64,000 bases of DNA from Octopus sinensis (taxonomy: Eukaryota): assembly GCF_006345805.1 (NCBI RefSeq), contig NC_043014.1:10044001-10108000 (forward strand), written 5' to 3'. Within the stretch, counting starts at the first letter, position 1; each line of letters opens with the position of its first letter. The notes beneath the pieces were generated by a model. That model did not search any database and was not told where the DNA came from. It saw only the letters and a program-made list of their open reading frames with translations. The translations under genes were made by a program, and so were the position numbers. Below are positions 12,759-24,532 of this stretch, one piece after another.

Positions 12759-12941
12759 AAAGATTCACTATAAAATTATCTTAGCATTTTCTATTTTTGA
12801 CTTGTTTTTTCATATATGTATATATATATATAACTTAGATAAAACTTAGATATGTTTCGACCAGAGATTGGTCCAGGCCATGTCTAACTTAATAGCACCA
12901 CCTGATAGGATTATTCGAATCCTGTTTAAGTCAAGATTTGT

Positions 12942-12972
<31 letters not shown>

Positions 12973-13029
12973 AAACAAGTCAAAAATAGAAAATGCTAAG
13001 ATAAACCGTAAACAAACAAACGAATTTAA

Positions 13030-13352
13030 TATATATATATATATATAACTCAACTTGTGTGTCTGTGTGTGTTTAACTTCCCGGCACATCTCCTCCTAGC
13101 CAACAAATCCTAGAACCACCCAAAATTGGTCACTTAAAGTTTAGGCAAATGAAAATTGAACTGCGCTATTTCTGTTCCGAAATTCATCTCGCAAGTGCAA
13201 AAATCGATAATGTGTTTGTTTAGGCTTTATCCCATGCATTGAATAGTGAACTTTACTCAGTCAGCTGTTTAACGTGAACTGTGTTCACCACGCGTGCAAG
13301 CAAGCGTAAATTGCATGAAAAATAAAAATAAAAAGCCGGGCAATACTGCTAG
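13030..13352 (+). mobile_element. Possible non-autonomous Helitron
   Basis: Ends gccgggcaatactgCTAG|T; 5' part has TA/TG microsatellite and atctcctcctag, as in small invertebrate Helitrons. No clear 5' TC. Confidence 0.45.
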
Positions 13353-13722
13353 TATATATATAAATTACCACTTAAAGTAACACATTATTGCTATAATATA
13401 GTCGAAACTAGACATAAATGTGTGTGGTGTACATAGATACTCAAAAACGACGTTAATTGGTTTGTTAGATGTTGCTTTTTCATCGATACACTGAACTTTG
13501 AACGACTGAATACGAGTGCCTGCTTGGTTAGTAGATTACTGTTGCTGTGTTAATTTAATCACTGTTGTTTTGGTGTCTTTTCAATAAGACTGTTAGTGGC
13601 CTTCGTGCGAAGGTTGCGTACTTAGTTCCCCCCCCCCCCCGCGGGGGAATTATTGTGTGTCATCGTGTGTGAAACACATCCAAAAAAAAAAAAAAATTTT
13701 TACAAACGGCTGCAAAGCCAGT

Positions 13723-15072
13723 ATGTCTTCGGAAGGCGGTGAATGCCAACTGGAAAAAAAACTCGAAATGGAATTCCCCATTTCTTATTCACCAATCTCA
13801 GGTGATGGAAGCTCTCAAACCTCAGGTGAAGAAAGCTCACCGGCGGTGACGCCGGAAAAAGAATCGGCGGTAACGCCAGGAAAAAAGGCCCCAGCGAAGA
13901 AGTTCGCGGAAGTTGTAGGGCGTAAACAAAAAAGCATAAATATAGATAATCTGGAAAAATACGAAGCCCTTCTAAAAAAAGAAGGAAATGAGATAGCAGT
14001 AAAAAAAGATGTGGAAAAAAAGGAAAAGATTGAAAAGAAAAGGATAATTTATAAGACATACAGCATGACAACAAAAAGTATACACACAGTGGAAGAGTGT
14101 AAAATAGAGGAGTGCCTGAAGGCAATTAGAAAGGACATCACATATATAAACAGAGGAAGACGGTTCGGAACGGTAGAAGTGAGGTTTAGGACCGAAGAAA
14201 TAGCAAAGAGGCTATCTACAGAACCACAAAAAGCAGGAAACATAGTCCTTCTACCCTTGTACAGAGGAAGAAGGACCTCAAAAATAGTGATGAGGAATAT
14301 TCCCCCAGAGGCGGACGCCTCATGCCTGGTGGCGGCAGTGATGCTGGGCCTGAAGGAAAAAATCAATATCCTCCAAGCTACAGTGGAGGAGGAGGGATTT
14401 TGGCAGGGCCAGATTATCACAATGGCAATACAAGCGGAGGCCCAGACACTGGAGGAAATACCAGAGGTGCTGAGGCTCGATGAGGAGGAGAGAGTATTGG
14501 TATTTGTAGAAGGAAGAAAGCCGAGGTGCTTCGGCTGCGGAAAAAAGGGACACGTAAGAGCGGAGTGTCAACCTAAACCGCAGGTAGAAGCACCGTCGGA
14601 AAAAGAAGCGGAGAAGAAAAAGAAAACAGAGGAAACCAAAGAGGTGGAAAAATCTGCAAGTGGTGCAGAAAAGGAAAAAGAAAACGAAAAAGAGGAGGGG
14701 TGGTCTAAAGTTACCAAAAAAAAACGGAAAACTGAAACCACCCCTCAAGAAGAAGAAAACCTGAAGAAAAGAAAAGATGTTACTTCTTCATTTATGGCCA
14801 TTAAGGCTACCAACAACAGACTTGTCAATGTGTTGGCAGCCATGGCCAAGGTGGAACGAATAAGAAAAATGAAAGACTTTATCATATACAAAATAGGCCG
14901 GAAGGACTACAGGAGGATAAAATCCGAATTCTTCCACGACGTGGGCCCTCTGAGACTGGACATGTCTCCATATCTATACGAGGGCCTACGTCGGACTCCC
15001 CCACGAGCCAAGGAAAAAAATAAAAGTGAAGAAGAAGGCGAAACTGTCGAACAAGCCAAACTACTGATATAA
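13723..15072 (+). CDS. ORF1p (449 aa), gag-like RNA-binding protein with CCHC knuckle
   Basis: ATG at 13723 (the track start at 13657 is GTG); CFGCGKKGHVRAEC = CX2CX4HX4C; basic/acidic C-terminal region. Confidence 0.9.
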   Translation: MSSEGGECQLEKKLEMEFPISYSPISGDGSSQTSGEESSPAVTPEKESAVTPGKKAPAKKFAEVVGRKQKSINIDNLEKYEALLKKEGNEIAVKKDVEKKEKIEKKRIIYKTYSMTTKSIHTVEECKIEECLKAIRKDITYINRGRRFGTVEVRFRTEEIAKRLSTEPQKAGNIVLLPLYRGRRTSKIVMRNIPPEADASCLVAAVMLGLKEKINILQATVEEEGFWQGQIITMAIQAEAQTLEEIPEVLRLDEEERVLVFVEGRKPRCFGCGKKGHVRAECQPKPQVEAPSEKEAEKKKKTEETKEVEKSASGAEKEKENEKEEGWSKVTKKKRKTETTPQEEENLKKRKDVTSSFMAIKATNNRLVNVLAAMAKVERIRKMKDFIIYKIGRKDYRRIKSEFFHDVGPLRLDMSPYLYEGLRRTPPRAKEKNKSEEEGETVEQAKLLI

Positions 15073-15080
15073 GGTAAGTG

Positions 15081-18000
15081 ATGGACTATATTTATGTTGG
15101 TTGTTTAAATGTGCGCGGCCTGGGATCAAGCGGGAAGCAAGGTCGCTTCCTTAATGATATCAGGTCGCGCAATTTGGATGTTATTGTTGCTACAGAAACC
15201 CGGTTAAAGGGGCCAAGAGATCTACTCCCACTGTTTGACGGCTACGAGAGTTTTGTCTCTCCGGCCAGTCCTACAGGCGGGGGTGGGGTGTTGGTCCTAC
15301 TAAAAAGAAACCGGGTTTTTGAGAAAAAGTTAATTTTTTCAGACCCAGAAGGTAGGCTGGTCGTCATGGATTTGACGTTCAGTAACGGTAAAGTTATCAG
15401 ACTGGTTGCAATTTACGCACCCAACAGTATAAAAGGGCAAAGTGATTATTTTCGTGATCTAGAAAACTTTCTCGGTACTTCGCATTCATTAGTTGTGCTA
15501 GGAGACTTTAACACAATTTGCAAAGCGGATGTAGATTGTGTTGGCTCGAATGCAGATAGAAAAGGTAACTCAGGCTTCCTGGAACTGCTAAGCCGCTTTG
15601 AGCTAGCAGATCCTTATAGGTTGGAATTTCCGAACGCTCCATTGTGGACATGGTCAAACAGCGACGGATCTTCCAGGTCATACATAGATAGAATTCTAAT
15701 TAGAAAGGTAGACAGTAAAATAGCTAAGTGTCCACAGTTTCACCCGATAAGCTACAGTGATCATAAAATGGTCACTTGTAAGCTTGACATAGATAAGGTT
15801 AGAAATAGAGGATCCGGTTACTGGAAACTTAATACGTCCCTTTTGGCGATTAAGGAGTACAGAGACCGGATTAGGACCATAATTCAGAGGGCACTGTCTG
15901 GTGCCATCATTAATAACAAATGGTGGTACGCCCTCAAACGAGCCATCAAGTTTGAGTCTATTAGATATAGCATAGGAGTAGTGTCTAGAGAGGCTAGAAG
16001 GGAAACTACTCTAGTTAAGGAATTAGAGGAAGCCATGAAAACTGGCTCTGCGGCTCAGGTGGCGTCCAAGAGACTGGTGTTAAACCAGCACCTCGAGGCC
16101 AAACACATGGGCTGCATTGTCAGGGCTAGAATCCGTCATATGGGATGTGAAGGAATCAACGCCGTGAGATGGGCCCGAGTGGTGGAAGCCCGGAATGGCA
16201 ACGACGCCACGATTCGATCTTTGAAGAACCAACAAGGTGAGTTGATAAACGAACCCGAGGAGATGTGTGAGGCCTTTCAGGAGCACTTCGCTCAGCTTTT
16301 CGGTGAGTGCGGCGGGCTGGATAGGAGGAGGGCCTTTACGGACCTACTCGACGGGCTGCCGCGCTTATCGGGGCGAGATGCGGAGGGCTGTGAAGGGCCA
16401 ATCACGCCTGAGGAGGTGGTGGAGGCAATGGCGGACCGCGGCGCGGGCAAGGCGCCGGGTTTGGATGGTCTACCCTACGAGTTATATAAGAGTATGCCAG
16501 ACTTGTTCGGGCACCTACTGGCGGAGGTCTATGCGAACTGGCAGCAGAACGGGTTTATACCCAGATCTGTGCGCCGGGGAGTGGTGACTCTCGTCAGAAA
16601 GGACCCGAGCAAGGGGGAGTGCATTGATAATTTCAGGCCCATCACTCTGCTAAACACAGAGTTGAAGATTTTGGCCAAAGTGTTATCGAAAAGATTGGCG
16701 CGTGTCGCGGATGGTCTGATCGGGGAGGCACAGACATGTGCCGTTCCGGGCAGAACCATTCAGGATAATCTCCATCTAATGCGGTACACTATAGAGGGGT
16801 TTAATAGTGATTCTGGCAAGGGTGGGGCACTGGTCCATTTAGACCAATCCAAAGCTTTTGATAGGGTCGACCATCGTTACCTGGTGTCTGCCCTGGCACA
16901 GTTCGGGCTGAGCCCTGGCTTCCTCAGGTGGATTATCCAAATTTACGACACATCGACTCGGTAGTTCGGGTGAACGGCTTCTTGTCGAAGCCGTTCAAAA
17001 TCAAACGCTCGGTTCGTCAAGGGTGTCCGCTCTCCCCGCTTTTGTACGTGATGGCTCTTGAGCCATTACTGCGAAAACTGAGCGGCATCCCGAGACAGCC
17101 AGGTAATGGAAAATCAGTGTCAGCGTACGCGGACGACATCACCATCATCGTGACCGAAATGGACCACCTATGTAAAGTAGGCAAGGCCATAGAGGATTAC
17201 GAGACGGTGACAGGAGCAAAAGTTAATCGCGAAAAGTCAGTCGGCTTGCAACTCGGCACCTGGAGAGGCAAGTCGATGCCTCCTGACAGCGTCGTGGGAC
17301 GTTGGACGGAGGGTCCGATTAAACTGCTAGGGGTCTGGTTCGGTCCAGACCTCCAAATAGAGAAGAATTGGGGCGAGGTAACGAGCAAGGTGGCTGCAGT
17401 AGCCAAGACCTGGTCTTGGCGGTGGCTATCCTTGAAAGGGAGGGCGGAGGTGGCCAATGTGTTTATCGCATCGGTTATCACCTACCGCCTTTCCGTCGTT
17501 CCATGCCCCGATTCGTGGTTGACCAAGTTGGAAAGACAGCTCTTCTACTTCCTGTGGAAGGGCGGGAAACCACTTGTGAAACGCTCTACTTGCTGTCAAC
17601 AACCGTTAAAGGGTGGGCTAGGGATGCCTTGGCTGATGATGCGCAGACATGCGCTGAGGCTAAGACATCTGTGGCTCTACCTGGATGGTGAACGGGTGTG
17701 GTCTCCGTTAGCAAAACTGATGTTTCCCAAGTTCACTAGTTTCGGTGGACGGAAATCCTGGCCGAATCGTAGATCGAAACCCGGTACATGGCATTCGGAG
17801 TGTCGCAAGGCTCTCCTGCTATTCCGTCGCTCGGGCAACGCCTGCGGTGGGGGTTCCACCACATTCTTCTATAGAGGGTTGGTAGAGGCGAAATGTGAAG
17901 ACACCTTGGGGGAAACCCTGGGTCTAGACGATAATCAGCTGGCCAGTCTGTTCCGACGTACGTTCGAGCCGAAGACACTGGACAACTTCCAGAAGTCTCT

Positions 18001-18478
18001 GGCATGGCAATGCTACAGAGGAGCTCTACCTGTTCGGGATAAACTCGCAAGGCACGGTGGCCGGGACAGTCCGATGTGTCCAAGATGCGGGCGGGATAGG
18101 GAAACCGTCCCGCACGCTATTGTTCATTGTTCGGTCGTGTCTGAGGTGTGGGTTTATGCCGAACAGCTGTTGTCAAACACACGAAGAGTACAGCTGTCGA
18201 CTGAGTGTATTGAAAAAATTGACCCACCGGATTTCCTCGCGAAAGAAGGTAAGAATTGTTTTCTCGTTGTGGTAGCAATTGCGAAAGAGGTGATATGGAA
18301 GACGAGAATGAAAGGTACACGGTCAGGCAAGTTCATATCCGGCCCTGGGTTGATGAATTACTTCATCTACCACCTGAAAAGGAAGATAGGGCTGGAGAGA
18401 AAATGCCTGACTAAAAGAGTGTATGAAGAACGATGGAAGGATGTAGCACGGAAGTTGAGAATGGATGACACCACATAA
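15081..18478 (+). CDS. ORF2p (APE endonuclease, RT, C-terminal zinc finger); one 1-nt deletion near 16950
   Basis: LNVRGL, TET, GDFN, YIDR, SDH (APE); KAPGLDG, FRPITLLN, DQSKAFDRV, RQGCPLSP, YADD (RT); CPRC...H...HC. Copy 2 shows gacaacatc where this copy has gacacatc. Confidence 0.92.
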
Positions 18479-19019
18479 ATGTAAATCAGAACGAAACCAA
18501 AAGTATCAGTGGTGAGGCGGGGCTCGTGGGGTCCGAGCTGAACCCGCCCCCACTCCACCTGTAATGTCTTCCGGTCTGTTTTTTTTCATTCGATTTTTTA
18601 TAATTTTTGCATTTTTGTAAATTTTTGGAATTTTTAAACTCATCCTTTTGTAACCCCATCCGTGAATCTGACCCCACATCAGGTTGTATTGTCCCCTCTT
18701 TGTTGGCCCCTTGTGGGTAATAATAAAACAGATACTCAAAAACGACGTTAATTGGTTTGTTAGATGTTGCTTTTTCATCGATACACTGAACTTTGAACGA
18801 CTGAATACGAGTGCCTGCTTGGTTAGTAGATTACTGTTGCTGTGTTAATTTAATCACTGTTGTTTTGGTGTCTTTTCAATAAGACTGTTAGTGGCCTTCG
18901 TGCGAAGGTTGCGTACTTAGTTCCCCCCCCCCCCGCGGGGGAATTATTGTGTGTCATCGTGTGTGAAACACATCCAAAAAAAAAAAAAAAAAATTTCTAC
19001 AAACGGCTGCAAAGCCAGT

Positions 19020-20371
19020 ATGTCTTCGGAAGGCGGTGAATGCCAACTGGAAAAAAAACTCGAAATGGAATTCCCCATTTCTTATTCACCAATCTCAGGT
19101 GATGGAAGCTCTCAAACCTCAGGTGAAGAAAGCTCACCGGCGGTGACGCCGGAAAAAGAATCGGCGGTAACGCCAGGAAAAAAGGCCCCAGCGAAGAAGT
19201 TCGCGGAAGTTGTAGGGCGTAAACAAAAAAGCATAAATATAGATAATCTGGAAAAATACGAAGCCCTTCTAAAAAAAGAAGGAAATGAGATAGCAGTAAA
19301 AAAAGATGTGGAAAAAAAGGAAGAGATTGAAAAGAAAAGGATAATTTATAAGACATACAGCATGACAACAAAAAGTATACACACAGTGGAAGAGTGTAAA
19401 ATAGAGGAGTGCCTGAAGGCAATTAGAAAGGACATCACATATATAAACAGAGGAAGACGGTTCGGAACGGTAGAAGTGAGGTTTAGGACCGAAGAAATAG
19501 CAAAGAGGCTATCTACAGAACCACAAAAAGCAGGAAACATAGTCCTTCTACCCTTGTACAGAGGAAGAAGGACCTCAAAAATAGTGATGAGGAATATTCC
19601 CCCAGAGGCGGACGCCTCATGCCTGGTGGCGGCAGTGATGCTGGGCCTGAAGGAAAAAATCAATATCCTCCAAGCTACAGTGGAGGAGGAGGGATTTTGG
19701 CAGGGCCAGATTATCTCAATGGCAATACAAGCGGAGGCCCAGACACTGGAGGAAATACCAGAGGTGCTGAGGCTCGATGAGGAGGAGAGAGTATTGGTAT
19801 TTGTAGAAGGAAGAAAGCCGAGGTGCTTCGGCTGCGGAAAAAAGGGACACGTAAGAGCGGAGTGTCAACCTAAACCGCAGGTAGAAGCACCGTCGGAAAA
19901 AGAAGAAGCTGAGAAGGAAAAGAAAACAGAGGAAACCAAAGAGGTAGAAAAATCATCGAGTGGTGCAGAAAAAGAAAAAGAAAACGAAAAAGAGGAGGGG
20001 TGGTCTAAAGTTACCAAAAAAAACGGAAAACAGAAACCACCCCTCAAGAAGAAAACCAGAAGAAAAGAAAAGAAGTTACTACTTCATTTATGGCCATTAA
20101 GGCTACCAACAACAGACTAGTCAATGTGTTGGCAGCCATGGCCAAGGTGGAGCGAGTAAGGAAAATGAAAGACTTTATCGTGTACAAAATAGGCCGGAAG
20201 GACTACAGGAGGATAAAATCCGAATTCTTCCACGACGTGGGCCCTCTGAGACTGGACATGTCTCCTTATCTATACGAGGGCCTGCGTCGGACTCCCCCAC
20301 GAGCCAGGGAAAAAAATAAAAGCGAAGAAGAACAAGGCGAACCAGTCGATCAAACCAAACCACTGATATAA
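19020..20371 (+). CDS. ORF1p copy 2, frameshift in an A8 run (~20016-20023)
   Basis: Copy 1 has A9 at the same site; the track shows the two halves (18951..20120 and 20090..20371). Confidence 0.85.
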
Positions 20372-20379
20372 GGTAAGTG

Positions 20380-23300
20380 ATGGACTACATTTATGTTGGT
20401 TGTTTAAATGTGCGCGGCCTGGGATCAAGCGGGAAGCAAGGTCGCTTCCTTAATGATATCAGGTCGCGCAATTTGGATGTTATTGTTGCTACAGAAACCC
20501 GGTTAAAGGGGCCAAGAGGTCTACTCCCACTGTTTGACGGCTACGAGAGTTTTGTCTCTCCGGCCAGTCCTACAGGCGGGGGTGGGGTGTTGGTCCTACT
20601 AAAAAGAAACCGGGTTTTTGAGAAAAAGTTAATTTTTTCAGACCCAGAAGGTAGGCTGGTCGTCATGGATTTGACTTTCAGTAACGGTAAAGTTATCAGA
20701 CTGGTTGCAATTTACGCACCCAATACAGGGCAAAGTGATTATTTTCGTGAACTAGAAAACTTTCTCGGTACTTCGCATTCATTAGTTGTGCTAGGAGACT
20801 TTAACACAATTTGCAAAGCGGATGTAGATTGTGTTGGCTCGAATGTAGATAGAAAGGGTAACTCATGCTTCCTGGAACTGCTAAGCCGCTTTGAGCTAGC
20901 AGATCCTTATAGGTTGGAATTTCCGAACGCTCCATTGTGGCCATGGTCAAACAGCGACGGATCTTCCAGGTCATACATAGATAGAATTCTAATTAGAAAG
21001 GTAGACAGTAAAATAGCTAAGTGTCCACAGTTTTACCCGATCAGCTACAGTGATCATAAAATGGTCACTTGTAAGCTTGACATAGATAAGATTAGAAATA
21101 GAGGATCCGGTTACTGGAAACTTAATACGTCCCTTTTGGCGATTAAGGAGTACAGAGACCGGATTAGGACCATAATTCAGAGGGCGCTGTCTGGTGCCAT
21201 CATTAATAACAAATGGTGGTACGCCCTCAAACGAGCCATCAAGTTTGAGTCTATTAGATATAGCATAGGAGTAGTGTCTAGAGAAGCTAGAAGGGAAACT
21301 ACTCTAGTTAAGGAATTAGAGGAAGCCATGAAAACTGGCTCTGCGGCTCAGGTGGCGTCCAAGAGACTGGTGTTAAACCAGCACCTCAAGGCCAAACACA
21401 TGGGCTGCATTGTCAGGGCTAGAATCCGTCATATGGGATGTGAAGGAATCAATGCCGTGAGATGGGCCCGAGTGGTGGAAGCCCGGAATGGCAACGATGC
21501 CACGATTCGATCTTTGAAGAACCAACAAGGTGAGTTGATAAACGAACCCGAGGAGATGTGTGAGGCCTTTCAGGAGCACTTCGCTCAGCTTTTCGGTGAG
21601 TGCGGCGGGCTGGATAGGAGGAGGGCCTTTACGGACCTACTCGACGGACTGCCGCGCTTATCGGGGCGAGATGCGGAGGGCTGTGAAGGGCCAATCACGC
21701 CTGGGGAGGTGGTGGAGGCAATGGCGGACCGCGGCGCGGGCAAGGCGCCGGGTTTGGATGGTCTACCCTACGAGTTATATAAGAGTATGCCAGACTTGTT
21801 CGGGCACCTACTGGCGGAGGTCTATGCGAACTGGCAGCAGAACGGGCTTATACCCAGATCTGTGCGCCGGGGAGTGGTGACTCTCGTCAGAAAGGACCCG
21901 AGCAAGGGGGAGTGCATTGATAATTTCAGGCCCATCACTCTGCTAAACACAGAGTTGAAGATTTTGGCCAAAGTGTTATCGAAAAGATTGGCGCGTGTCG
22001 CGGATGGTCTGATCGGGGAGGCACAGACATGTGCCGTCCCGGGCAGAACCATTCAGGATAATCTCCATCTAATGCGGTACACTATAGAGGGGTTTAATAG
22101 TGATTCTGGCAAGGGTGGGGCACTGGTCCATTTAGACCAATCCAAAGCTTTTGATAGGGTCGACCATCGTTACCTGGTGTCTGCCCTGGCACAGTTCGGG
22201 CTGAGCCTTGGCTTCCTCAGGTGGATTATCCAAATTTACGACAACATCGACTCGGTAGTTCGGGTGAACGGCTTCTTGTCGAAGCCGTTCAAAATCAAAC
22301 GCTCGGTTCGTCAAGGGTGTCCGCTCTCCCCGCTTTTGTACGTGATGGCTCTTGAGCCATTACTGCGAAAACTGAGCGGCATCCCGAGACAGCCAGGTAA
22401 TGGAAAATCAGTGTCAGCGTACGCGGACGACATCACCATCATCGTGACCGAAATGGACCACCTATGTAAAGTAGGCAAGGCCATAGAGGATTACGAGACG
22501 GTGACAGGAGCAAAAGTTAATCGCGAAAAGTCAGTCGGCTTGCAACTCGGCACCTGGAGAGGCAAGTCGATGCCTCCTGACAGCGTCGTGGGACGTTGGA
22601 CGGAGGGTCCGATTAAACTGCTAGGGGTCTGGTTCGGTCCAGACCTCCAAATAGAGAAGAATTGGGGCGAGGTAACGAGCAGGGTGGCTGCAGTAGCCAA
22701 GACCTGGTCTTGGCGGTGGCTATCCCTGAAAGGGAGGGCGGAGGTGGCCAATGTGTTTATCGCATCGGTTATCACCTACCGCCTTTCCGTCGTTCCATGC
22801 CCTGATTCGTGGTTGACCAAGTTGGAAAGACAGCTCTTCTACTTCTTGTGGAAGGGCGGGAAACCACTTGTGAAACGCTCTACTTGCTGTCAACAACCGT
22901 TAAAGGGTGGGCTAGGGATGCCTTGGCTGATGATGCGCAAACATGCGCTGAGGTTAAGACATCTGTGGCTCTACCTGGATGGTGAACGGGTGTGGTCTTC
23001 GCTAGCAGAACGGATGTTTCCCAAGTTCACTTGTTTCGGTGGATGGGAAACCTGGTTGAATCGTAAATCGAAACTGGGCACATGGTATACGGAGTGTCGC
23101 AAGGCTCTCCTGCTATTCCGTCGCTCGGGCAACGCCTGCGGTGGGGATCCACCACATTCTTCTATAGAGGGTTGGTAGAGGCGAAATGTGAAGACACCTT
23201 GGGGGAAACCCTGGGTCTCGACGATAATCAGCTGGCCAGTCTGTTCCGACGTACGTTCGAGCCGAAGACACTGGACAACTTCCAGAAGTCTCTGGCATGG

Positions 23301-23771
23301 CAATGCTACAGAGGAGCTCTACCTGTTCGGGATAAACTCGCAAGGCACGGTGGCCAAGACAGTCCGATGTGTCCAAGATGCGGGCGGGATAGGGAAACCG
23401 TCCCGCACGCTATTGTTCATTGTTCGGTCGTGTCTGAGGTGTGGGTTTATGCCGAACAGCTGTTGTCAAGCACACGAAGAGTACAGCTGTCGACTGAGTG
23501 TATTAAAAAAATTGACCCACCAGATTTCCTCGCGAAAGAAGGTAAGAATTGTTTTCTCGTTGTGGTAGCAATTGCGAAAGAGGTGATATGGAAGACGAGA
23601 ATGAAAGGTATACGGTCAGGCAAGTTCATATCCGGCCCTGGGTTGATGAATTACTTCATCTACCACCTGAAAAGGAAGATAGGGCTGGAGAGAAAATGCC
23701 TGACTAAAAGAGTGTATGAAGAACGATGGAAGGATGTAGCACGGAAGTTGAGAATGAATGACACCACATAA
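20380..23771 (+). CDS. ORF2p copy 2, frameshift in a G4 run (~23143-23146)
   Basis: Same APE/RT/zinc-finger motifs; copy 1 has G5 at this site. Confidence 0.9.
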
Positions 23772-24156
23772 ATGTAAATCAGAACGAAACCAAAAGTATC
23801 AGTGGTGAGGCGGGGCTCGTGGGGTCCGAGCTGAACCCGCCCCCACTCCACCTGTAATGTCTTCCGGTCTGTTTTTTCATTCGATTTTATAATTTTTGCA
23901 TTTTTGGGAAATTTTGAATTTTTAATCTCATCCTTTTTGTAACCCCATCCGAGAATCTGACCCCACATCAGGTTGTATTGTCCCCTCTTTGTCTGCCCCT
24001 TGTGGGTAATAATAAAACATAGACATAAATGTGTGTCCTCTCCACTATGAACCATTCCGTTCAGAAACATCTACTCTTCTTCTTTACGTGCCTAATATTG
24101 CGTTAAATGCTTGTAATAGACCTCAATTTTGAACAAACAGTAAATGTTAACATGAT

Positions 24157-24532
24157 GGAAGCACTCCGTCGGTTACGACGATGAGGGTTCCGGTTGATCC
24201 GAATCAACGGAACAGCCTGCTCGTGAAATTAACGTGTAAGTGGCTGAGCACTCCACAGACACGTGTACCCTTAACGTAGTTCTCGGGGATATTCAGCGTG
24301 ACACAGAGAGTGACAAGGCTGGCCCTTTGAAATACAGGTACAGCAGAAACAGGATGTAAGAGTGAGAGAAAGTTGTGGTGAAAGAGTACAGCAGGGATCA
24401 CCACCCCCCTGCTGGAGCCCCGTGGAGGTGTTTTCGCTCAATAAACACTCACAACGCCCGGTCTGGGAATCTAAACTGCGATCCTATGACCGCGAATCCG
24501 CTGCCCTAACCACAGGGCCATTGCGCCTCCAC
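24157..24532 (-). mobile_element. SINE family C, tail variant 1
   Basis: Reverse complement of 7018-7405. Confidence 0.85.

Larger units (their letters stand above)
13426..18730 (+). mobile_element. Tx1/L1-clade non-LTR retrotransposon, copy 1 (full length)
   Basis: ~290-nt 5' UTR, ORF1, ORF2, ~250-nt 3' UTR; left TSD tagacataaatgtgtgt at 13409-13425. Confidence 0.93.
18731..24019 (+). mobile_element. Tx1/L1-clade non-LTR retrotransposon, copy 2, directly head-to-tail
   Basis: Begins gatactcaaaaacg immediately after the copy 1 3' end; right TSD at 24020-24036. Confidence 0.93.

Noticed and set aside
13700-23629. Antisense and alternate-frame ORFs within the LINE copies
   Set aside because: Shadows of the GC-richer ORF1/ORF2; no motifs; duplicated only because the element is.
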